A DNA stretch of 64,000 nt from Naegleria gruberi (Eukaryota): the NCBI GenBank assembly GCA_000004985.1, contig GG738860.1. One strand, given 5' to 3'. A program made the translations under genes and the position numbers. Numbering within the stretch: the stretch's first letter is position 1; each line of letters opens with the position of its first letter. Positions 56,133-64,000 of the stretch are shown here, piece by piece. The notes beneath the pieces were generated by a model that was given only the letters and a program-made list of their open reading frames with translations, did not search any database and was not told where the DNA came from.

Positions 56133-57458
56133 ATGTCGCAACCAAATGCTGAGCACAATTCTTGTGTGGAAGAAGCTTCTTCCGAGAGTGTTGATCATCA
56201 TCACGAGCACGGAAAGGAGGGATTGAAAGCTCCTACTCCTGCCGATTTAACAGTCTCCTCGGAATGGTTTGAATTTATTTTACAAAAGAAGGGTTTATTA
56301 AATCATAATGATGAAAATCATGTGTTGAATGTAGAGATGAAACCTTTGGCTGAGAATAGAGGACTTTGTGCAGTAATGACTCGATTGAGTGTTACTTATT
56401 CTGATCCTGATTGTAAATTACCAAAATCCTTTGTGTTGAAATCAATTCCAAATACTGAAGAAGCTAGAGCTCAATCAAGTACACGTGGACAATTCAGAGA
56501 AGGATTGTTTTATGAAAGTGACTTGTTGGAAAAGTTAGATGCTTCTGAAAATCATGTATTATATGCTCATGGATGTGAAAAAACTGGTGAATATATTATT
56601 TTGATGAATGATTTGAAAAATAGGTAGGTTACTGAGATATTCCACATTCGGACTGACAATATTAGTGATCATGTGGTTGGCGTGAATTTTGTGTTTGGAA
56701 ATCAAGTATGGGGAGTTCCTGAATTCAATGTCAAACTTCCAGAGCCAATTCCTGTTTTGGAACAAATGTACAAGGCATGTGCAAGATTGAATGCCAAGTT
56801 TTGGAAGGATCCATCATTATTGAACCATACCTTTTTGAAATCTTCTGCTTTCTACAGAGGAGAAAGACAAGTTGGATGGGAAACTGGTATGAATACTGCT
56901 AGAAATGCCTGGAAAGTTGCCAAGGAAAGAAATTCAAAGAGTGAATTATTCAAATTCTCTGATAAGTTGATTGAAATTATTGACAAGTCATTAGAGTTGG
57001 CAAGTTGGGAAAATATGCAAAAGGCAATTCTTGAAGAACCATTCACTTTATGTCATGGAGATTTCCATGCCAGTAACATGTTTGTGAATGTTGATACTTT
57101 GGAAGTATCCATGTTTGATTGGTCTGAAGTTGGAGTGTGGAATCCAGTTACTGACTTGGCTCAAACTCTCATCTCTGATGTTAAACCTGAAATTGTTGCA
57201 CAAAATTCAAAACATTTAGTCAAAGTTTATTATGATGAATTGGCCAATTGTGGAGCTGATTTGACTGGATTCTCATTTGAAGATTGTTGGAATGTTTTCT
57301 GTAAGAATGGGCCTGAGAGATGGATTTGGCTATTTGTTGTCTTGTCATCCATGTCTGTTATTCCTGATAAGGCCATCAAATTCTGGCATGATAATTTATT
57401 ATCATTTATTGAATCACATGGCGATTATCCAATTTACAACCTTAAGAGTATTGTTTAG
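56133..57458 (+). CDS. Ecdysteroid-kinase-like / CHK-type kinase-fold protein (EcKL, aminoglycoside-phosphotransferase-like fold), 2 exons.
   Basis: Exons 56133..56623 and 56666..57458. Donor GTAGGT. 42-nt intron. Total 1284 nt, 427 aa. Catalytic loop LCHGDFHASNMFVN matches the APH/ChoK Brenner motif HxDxxxxN. The downstream DWSEVGV has the position of the metal-binding D of the DFG-equivalent. Confidence 0.65.
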
Positions 57459-57638
57459 ATCCTTATAAATATTTAGAGTTGTAATTTTTCAATAATTGTT
57501 TTTCAAATCTAAACACCTTTATTTTTAAATCCTATATCCTTTGGTAAATATCTATGACTTGAAATAATTAACCAACTTGTACAAGGAAGCATATGTGTTA
57601 AGGTAAATATAAATACCATATTTTCATAATGAACGAGA

Positions 57639-57710
57639 TCCCGTGTAGTCCAATGGCTAGGATACCTGGCTTTCACCCAGGAGGTCCGGGTTCAATTCCC
57701 GGCATGGGAG
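57639..57710 (+). tRNA. tRNA-Glu (anticodon TTC), 72 nt, no intron.
   Basis: Acceptor TCCCGTG/CATGGGA (one G-T pair). D-arm GTCC-AATGGCTA-GGAT. Anticodon arm CCTGG-CTTTCAC-CCAGG. T-arm CCGGG-TTCAATT-CCCGG. Discriminator G. Closely resembles eukaryotic cytosolic tRNA-Glu. Confidence 0.9.
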
Positions 57711-58534
57711 GATTGTTTTTGTTTTGCTCAGACAAAATTTTATCCCAGAGGAGCTTATCATTTACTACAAACACAATTGTTGAATCACTATGGCATTGTT
57801 ATTGAAATTAACGAAAAGATATTCGAATAGTAATTCAACTTTGGCTGATGTTGGTTCTTGCAATCAACAAACATAAAAAAATATTCTTCTACTCAAGGAG
57901 GACATGATGATTTTCGGAGTGGTTTTACATCATGAAACCACCAAACTTTCACATCATCTCAACATGATCTAGTAATTTTTATTGGTGGATTATCATCATG
58001 AAATTGGAATTTATTTTTAATGATGGAAAATCATAAGTCGGTGTTCCATCATCGAATCATTCACCAACCATTATCATTATTGTTTTCCATCAATATAATA
58101 ATAGTATTTGTGGAAATTAATTTTTAGTAATGTAATTTTGGTGAAATGTCAAAATTTTCACTAAATTCATCATCACTGCTGGATCTACTGGACAAGTTGG
58201 AAAACTGTCAATGTAGTATTGTTCGGAATGGTCAATAGTAGGTAGGAGAACTTTCTCTTATCAATTTTGGTCAAGTTATGATAGGGTTAGGTACATGTGA
58301 ATTTTGAAAAAGTACATGGACCATAACTCAACATGTACTTCACCAACTTGAATCATGTCTTTTAGTACTACTATTTAAATAGATAATAAACATCATATTT
58401 ATTATCAGATTTTCGTCATGTTGTCAATTTACCAAGTTCCGATATTTGCATGCTACCAGAGTTGATTCCCAAATCAAACAACAATAAAACAACAATTCAT
58501 AATGTTTATTATGTTATTAAATGTATAATTACGA

Positions 58535-58630
58535 NNNNNNNNNNNNNNNNNNNNNNNNNNNNNNNNNNNNNNNNNNNNNNNNNNNNNNNNNNNNNNNNNN
58601 NNNNNNNNNNNNNNNNNNNNNNNNNNNNNN
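58535..58630. other. Assembly gap (run of 96 N).
   Basis: Contiguous N characters. ORF-track entries containing X (58450..58695 and 58474..58707) are artefacts of the gap. Confidence 0.99.
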
Positions 58631-59322
58631 TAACATGTTTTTATTGTTTTTCTCATGATGTGGATATTGACTTCGCACTGAAACATCACGAATAGCATGT
58701 CATTCATCCATTCTCTACCAGATAATTATCTTTTCCTGTAATTTTCACTATTGGATATTTTACTTTTAATATTTGTGATACTTTACTATTATATTCAATG
58801 AATAAGGGATGAGAAACATTCATTAGAAGAAGATAGATTCCCAGTGATATTCTCTCTCTGTACAATTTATTATTTCAATATCTGACAAATTAATTGAGAT
58901 AGAAGGTATTTCATCAGCTCATATCAAAATAGCTGGAGTTGAACTACCTTGAAAACTCTTGCTGGAGAAACTGGGTATCACTCATACTGATGATAATGGT
59001 GAAAATAATAATTATGATATTGTCGAATTAAACCGGTAGTAGTATTTGATCATTGTTTAAAATATTAATATTAATTTATTTTTTAAAAACAAAATGAAAA
59101 TAATATGGTTACACCAGTGCCAACGTAGGCGTGATTTGCGTCCATTATGCGATAATATAAAATAATATTGTTACATGAACAAGTATGATTAACAACAACA
59201 ATAGCTCGGATGAATATAATTAACATCAAATTTTACCAAGTACATTTACTAATGAATTTAATGTCATTTATATCAATTTAGCTAGGATGGTGCACATGTA
59301 TTGGCACTTAATGAAAATATAT

Positions 59323-60176
59323 TTACAATTTATATTTCCAAACCAAATTCATAGATTGATGAGGTTGTGGAACGTGTAGGAATGGCTTTTTGGTTCCTAG
59401 CTTTTCATTCTTAATTTCATAGTCTGCATATACAATTCGATTCTGAATTGAAAATCCATTCTTCTCCAATGCCTTGGTAGAATAATTACTAGAACATTCG
59501 GCAAATGCTTGTTCGAAACCTCGTTCCTTACAATCTTGCAAATGAACCTTACTCAACTCTGACATGACACCATTTCCTTGATAGAAATCAGCCGTGACAC
59601 CAACAAGAAAATGAAGAATCTTTCCAACATTTTGAGGAGTAAACATCTTTTCAGGAGTGTGAATACCAAATTTTTCGTGTTGTGGATGGTTGGCAATGAA
59701 TTCAAAATATTGGGTGTGCAAATCTTCGAATAATTGAAGACCTTCTGGATAGAAATCAATTGTGGAGAAGGAATCGTCGAATACAGATTTAACATGGTCA
59801 CAACTGTAGACAGCTCCAACAATCAATCTGAAATATTTGAAAGTTAATAACTTCATTATTGAAAAATTACTTACCCACTCTTATCAATTGCAACATGACC
59901 TAATCCTTCTTCGACAGCTCTATGAGCTAATATAGATGCAAAATGATAGATGTCTGTTGGTTGGAATTTGTTTCCCATTATTGGTTCATGTTTGCCAAAT
60001 GTCATGGAAGTCAACAATATTGCTTCTTTAACATTTTCCTTTGTTAGAGGTTCAATAGTGAAGGATTTGTGAACACTGTAGCATTTCTTGACATTCACGC
60101 GTGTTGAAATTGAGAAATTGTTAAATCTCTTGAGTGTTGGCACTTGTTTGTTGATCAGCAACTTGAACGATTTCAT
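59323..60176 (-). CDS. GNAT-family N-acetyltransferase-like protein, 2 exons: 59875..60176 and 59323..59827.
   Basis: ATG at 60176. Exon 1 ends ...HVAIDKS+gg with donor GTAAGT. 47-nt intron 59828..59874 ends TTTCAG. Exon 2 continues LIVGAVYSCDHVK...EKNGFSIQNRIVYADYEIK. 807 nt, 268 aa. The acetyl-CoA-binding region is not sharply defined; the assignment rests on overall fold-like pattern. Confidence 0.45.
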
Positions 60177-60700
60177 TCTTTTTGATTGGATTTGTTATTT
60201 TGCAAAATATGAGATGACTTTAATAGTTGTTTGATTCTAATTTGAGTGCAGTCAAAGGTAATAACCTTGGAATTCCGTGTTCGTTCGATGTGGCAGCAAA
60301 CCATGTCCTCGGACTTGGTGTGAGAGTTGCTAAGACAACAATAGGTAACTTTGAAGAAATTCCTCTTGCACAAGAATATTCTCTTGATGAAGAAGATATT
60401 TCACTCACATTGCAATACAATTAACATTTTGGACGCTTATTGTTACTTTCAACGATTATGATGGCCACCTACTCACTACTGTGGCAGTTTTAAACAAAAT
60501 GGCGCCAAAAGAACTGTACTCTGTCATCAAATTTGGCAATACTTTACACAACGGTCTTAGGATCATCTGCAACAGCAAACTCTCCCTCCAAAATTCCACT
60601 CTTACAGGAAAGCAAGTTCATCTACACTATTATTCTGCACGCTTTTTGTTAAGGAGCAAAGCAGCCTTAAATTCTTTCTTAAACGTAGAAAAAAACAAAA

Positions 60701-63700
60701 ATGGGACGAGTCACAACTATTAAGAGTGCCAACATTGTTGGTTTTTCTCTTGCTATTGTGCTGATAATGATGGCCATGGTAGTGATGGTTAAGGGTACAT
60801 CATTAAATCCATACTCTGTCAAGATTAGCACATTTGCTGGTGGAAATGGTGAATTCAAAGATCCACAAAAACTTGCTAGATTATCAAATGGTGATATTCT
60901 GGTCACTGATGCTTTAGGTCATGCTATTAAGAAGATTAACGGAACTGGTGTGATTACTACAATTGCTGGTACTGGTGTTGCTGGTTTTGCTGGTGATAAT
61001 GGACCAGCCATCAATGCTCAAGTTAACAAACCATACGGTATTGCTGTTTCAAGCAATGATGAAATTTATTTCGCTGACTCTATGAATCATAGAATTAGAA
61101 AAATTGACATCACAGGTAATATTACAACAGTGGTTGGTACTGGCGCTAACACTTTCAGTGGTGATGGTGGTTTGGCCACTGATTGTACCATGAATACTCC
61201 AATGGATGTATCATTGAGTGCTTCAGGAGAATTATACATTGCTGATATGTATAATTATAGAATTAGAAAGGTTTTGACCAATGGCACTATTGTCACATTT
61301 GCTGGTAATGGTCAATCAGGTCATATAGGTGATGGTGGTTTGGCAACAAATGCTGCTATGGCTCTTGCTTATGGTGTTAAAGTTTTTTCAAATGGAGAGG
61401 TTTACATTTCAGATAGTTTCAATTTCAAAGTTAGAAAGGTTGATGTTAATGGTAATATTACAACTGTTGCTGGTTCTGGTGCTGGACCATTCAATGGTGA
61501 CAATGTTTTGGCCACTGCTGCCAATTTGAATCATCCAACTGATGTTCTTCGTTTGGATACAGGTGAATTGATAATTGCAGACACTGACAATTACAGAATT
61601 AGACTTGTTATGCCAAATGGTACAATTATTACAACTGCTGGTAATGGTACTGCTTCATTCTCTGATGGTGAAATTGCTGAAGAAAATGGATTATCTCTTC
61701 CAACTGGTTTGTTAATGATTCAAAACGGATTATTAATTGCTGATGCTGGTAATAAGAGAATTAGATTATTGCAAAGTAGAATTTATTCATGCTATGGAAA
61801 GTCATATCTCGATTCAAGTGTTTGTAGTGGTCAAGGTCAATGTGTTGGTAATAATATGTGTCAATGCAATGCTGGATTTGAAGGCCCAACTTGTCTTCCA
61901 TCTAGCTATTATATTACAACTGTTGCAAGAGGTTTGAAGGATCCACAAAAGATTTCCAAATTGTCAAATGGCGACCTTATTGTTTCTGATACAGGCGATC
62001 ACTCTATTAAGAAGATAAGTTACTCAACCGGTGTTGTTACCAGAATTGCCGGTACTGGAGTTGCAGGTTTTTCAGGTGATGGTGGTTTAGCAACTCTGGC
62101 TCAATTCAATAAGCCATATGGTATTGCAGTTACAATTAATGATGAAATTTACATTGCTGACTCTTTAAATCATAGAATTAGATTTATTGATGTTAATGGC
62201 AATATTTCAACTGTTGTTGGTACTTCAATTGGATTCTCTGGTGATGGTGGTTTGGCTACAGCAGCTAAATTGAATGCTCCCATGGATGTTTCATTGAGCG
62301 CTTCAGGTGATTTATATATTGCTGATAGAGATAATTATAGAATTAGAAAGGTTTTGGCCAATGGCACTATTGTCACATTTGCTGGTAATGGTCAATCAGG
62401 TCATATTGGAGATGGTGGTCAAGCAATAAGTGCTGCCTTATCTCAAGCTTATGGTGTTAGAGTTGTTAATGATGAAGTTTACATTTCAGATAGTAATAAT
62501 TTCAAAGTTAGAAAGATTGATGTTAGTGGAGTTATTACAACAATTGCTGGTACTGGTGCTGGACCATTCAATGGTGACAATGTTTTGGCCACTGCTGCCA
62601 ATTTGAATCATCCAACTGATGTTGCATTCCTCTCAAATGGTGAAATGTTGATTGCTGATACTGACAATAACAGAGTCAGAATGGTTTTAACCAATGGTAC
62701 TATTGTTTCAATTGCCGGTAATGGTACTGCCTCTTTCTCTGATGGTAGAATTGCCACCTCAAGAGGATTATCTCTTCCAACTGGTATTTTGGTTGTTTCA
62801 GATGATGAAATTTATATTGCTGATGCTAAAAATGGTAGAATTAGATTACTTTCCTCTAAATTCTTTACTTGTAATGGTATTGATCAAACTGAGACCTCAG
62901 TTTGTAGTGGACATGGTTCATGTGTTTCAAAGGATAACTGTGTTTGTAAACAAGGCTGGTCTGGTGCAAACTGTGACACAACAATTCAAGCTCCACAATG
63001 TGCCAATCAAACATTGGGTATTAATATTCCATGTTCTGGACATGGTACTTGTGCAAATGGTGTTTGTACATGTTCCCCTGATTTCTATGGATCATACTGT
63101 TCACTCTCTGTTATGATAAGTTCTAAAGGATATACTCATCCAATGATGGGTGTTTTCATGATGGCTATTATTAATTCATTGACCCTTGATGGTATTTCAA
63201 ATGTTGATTACAGCTGGTCTCAAATTTCTGGACCAACCATTTCCAATTTGGCATCCATGACCAATTTGAATACTCCAACATTAATAATTCCAGGAAAATT
63301 CAATGCCCTTTCATTCAATAATGGTCTCGTTTCTGGTAGTACATATGGTTTTGCATTGACTGCCAAGATTACCACTGGTGTCATCACAACTACTGTCACA
63401 ACTTCAACCACCGTTTTTGTTCAACAAAATCCTACATTGACTTTCACTTTACATGATGACAGCACCAATCAAGCTGTTACTTCAGGTGTTGCTGGTACAA
63501 CTGTTTTCAGAATTAATATTACAAGAAACTCAAATCCTTACTCTGATTCTAGTTTCAAATATGGATTTGGTTTTTCTGATTCTAGCAGTATTACAATTCT
63601 AACTGATATGAGTGAAGGACCAGCAACATTTAAATTGCCATTCATTTCAGGTCAATCAAGTGTTGATATCTACGTTAGATGTGAAGGAGATCACTCAGAC

Positions 63701-64000
63701 AGTGTTCAAAAATTGACAACTATCTCATTGACAAATCCAGTATCTAATTTGCCTCCAAGCCAAGCCATTTCAACCATTCAAAATCTCTTTACTTCAAATT
63801 CATCTGTTGCTGATTTGTTGGGTGCTGCTTCACTTTTGAACACCATTACAACAACCGATTCTACACAAATCGCAAATAAGCAATCTATCAGAAATTCAAT
63901 CATTACAACAATTTCTAAAGCAATTTCCTCTGGAGATCTTGGCTCTGCAATTAAGGCCCTCTCTACAGTAACATCTGTCACCTCAGAAATCACCAAAACT
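60701..64000 (+). CDS. Giant NHL-repeat / EGF-like-domain membrane protein, 5' partial (runs off the window end), intronless over at least 3.3 kb.
   Basis: ATG at 60701. Signal anchor IVGFSLAIVLIMMAMVVMV. Two tandem modules each carry about six NHL blades (YNYRIRKV, NHRIRKID, NFKVRKVD, DNYRIRLV, GNKRIRLL) followed by a Cys-rich EGF-like unit (CSGQGQCVGNNMCQCNAGFEGPTC; CSGHGSCVSKDNCVCKQGWSGANC...CSGHGTCANGVCTCSPDFYGSYC). Then Ser/Thr-rich PKD/REJ-like sequence. Confidence 0.7.
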   Translation, partial: MGRVTTIKSANIVGFSLAIVLIMMAMVVMVKGTSLNPYSVKISTFAGGNGEFKDPQKLARLSNGDILVTDALGHAIKKINGTGVITTIAGTGVAGFAGDNGPAINAQVNKPYGIAVSSNDEIYFADSMNHRIRKIDITGNITTVVGTGANTFSGDGGLATDCTMNTPMDVSLSASGELYIADMYNYRIRKVLTNGTIVTFAGNGQSGHIGDGGLATNAAMALAYGVKVFSNGEVYISDSFNFKVRKVDVNGNITTVAGSGAGPFNGDNVLATAANLNHPTDVLRLDTGELIIADTDNYRIRLVMPNGTIITTAGNGTASFSDGEIAEENGLSLPTGLLMIQNGLLIADAGNKRIRLLQSRIYSCYGKSYLDSSVCSGQGQCVGNNMCQCNAGFEGPTCLPSSYYITTVARGLKDPQKISKLSNGDLIVSDTGDHSIKKISYSTGVVTRIAGTGVAGFSGDGGLATLAQFNKPYGIAVTINDEIYIADSLNHRIRFIDVNGNISTVVGTSIGFSGDGGLATAAKLNAPMDVSLSASGDLYIADRDNYRIRKVLANGTIVTFAGNGQSGHIGDGGQAISAALSQAYGVRVVNDEVYISDSNNFKVRKIDVSGVITTIAGTGAGPFNGDNVLATAANLNHPTDVAFLSNGEMLIADTDNNRVRMVLTNGTIVSIAGNGTASFSDGRIATSRGLSLPTGILVVSDDEIYIADAKNGRIRLLSSKFFTCNGIDQTETSVCSGHGSCVSKDNCVCKQGWSGANCDTTIQAPQCANQTLGINIPCSGHGTCANGVCTCSPDFYGSYCSLSVMISSKGYTHPMMGVFMMAIINSLTLDGISNVDYSWSQISGPTISNLASMTNLNTPTLIIPGKFNALSFNNGLVSGSTYGFALTAKITTGVITTTVTTSTTVFVQQNPTLTFTLHDDSTNQAVTSGVAGTTVFRINITRNSNPYSDSSFKYGFGFSDSSSITILTDMSEGPATFKLPFISGQSSVDIYVRCEGDHSDSVQKLTTISLTNPVSNLPPSQAISTIQNLFTSNSSVADLLGAASLLNTITTTDSTQIANKQSIRNSIITTISKAISSGDLGSAIKALSTVTSVTSEITKT

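Noticed and set aside
58450-58707. Two ORFs containing long X runs
   Set aside because: They span the 96-N assembly gap, so the translations are meaningless.

Overview
This is eukaryotic nuclear DNA, not a prokaryotic locus. It is AT-rich (roughly two-thirds A+T by eye), gene-dense (about 40 protein genes on both strands) and uses the standard genetic code. Stops are mostly TAA or TAG. Short spliceosomal introns are common, typically 41-88 nt, with GTAAGT, GTATGT or GTAGGT donors and AG acceptors. Many large genes are intronless. Codon usage is yeast-like (AGA Arg, TTG Leu, CCA Pro, GGT Gly, GCT Ala). Proteins carry Ser/Asn/Gln/Thr-rich low-complexity tracts. Many M residues in the ORF track are TTG or GTG pseudo-starts; I moved starts to the nearest in-frame ATG where visible. 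All splice coordinates were derived by hand and may be off by a few nt.

Confidently recognised genes: myo-inositol-1-phosphate synthase, neutral ceramidase, axonemal dynein intermediate chain 2, a Rac-type GTPase with five exons, TRAPPC6, Mic10, Ufd1 (3' part), a CDCA7-like zf-4CXXC_R1 protein, an FCP1/NIF-type phosphatase, a CCoAOMT-type O-methyltransferase, an EcKL/APH-fold kinase-like protein, a TIGAR/PGAM-like histidine phosphatase, a divergent actin-related protein, an MAPR cytochrome-b5-like protein and two tRNAs (Glu-TTC; intron-containing Cys-GCA).

An axonemal dynein gene together with this codon usage and low-complexity content suggests a flagellate-capable amoeboid protist. A heterolobosean such as Naegleria is one possibility, held at low confidence.

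Most notable observations: (i) three tandem same-strand paralogs of an unrecognised protein family at 51998-55574; (ii) a Harbinger/PIF-type DDE transposase fused to a 13-residue Ser/Pro/Gln tandem-repeat tail, flanked by the only GC-rich subterminal inverted repeats in the window; (iii) a giant intronless NHL-repeat/EGF gene with a near-identical internal duplication; (iv) a frameshifted TIGAR-like gene; (v) bacterial-type domains (O-methyltransferase, SHOCT-like motifs).

A 96-nt run of N at 58535-58630 is an assembly gap.
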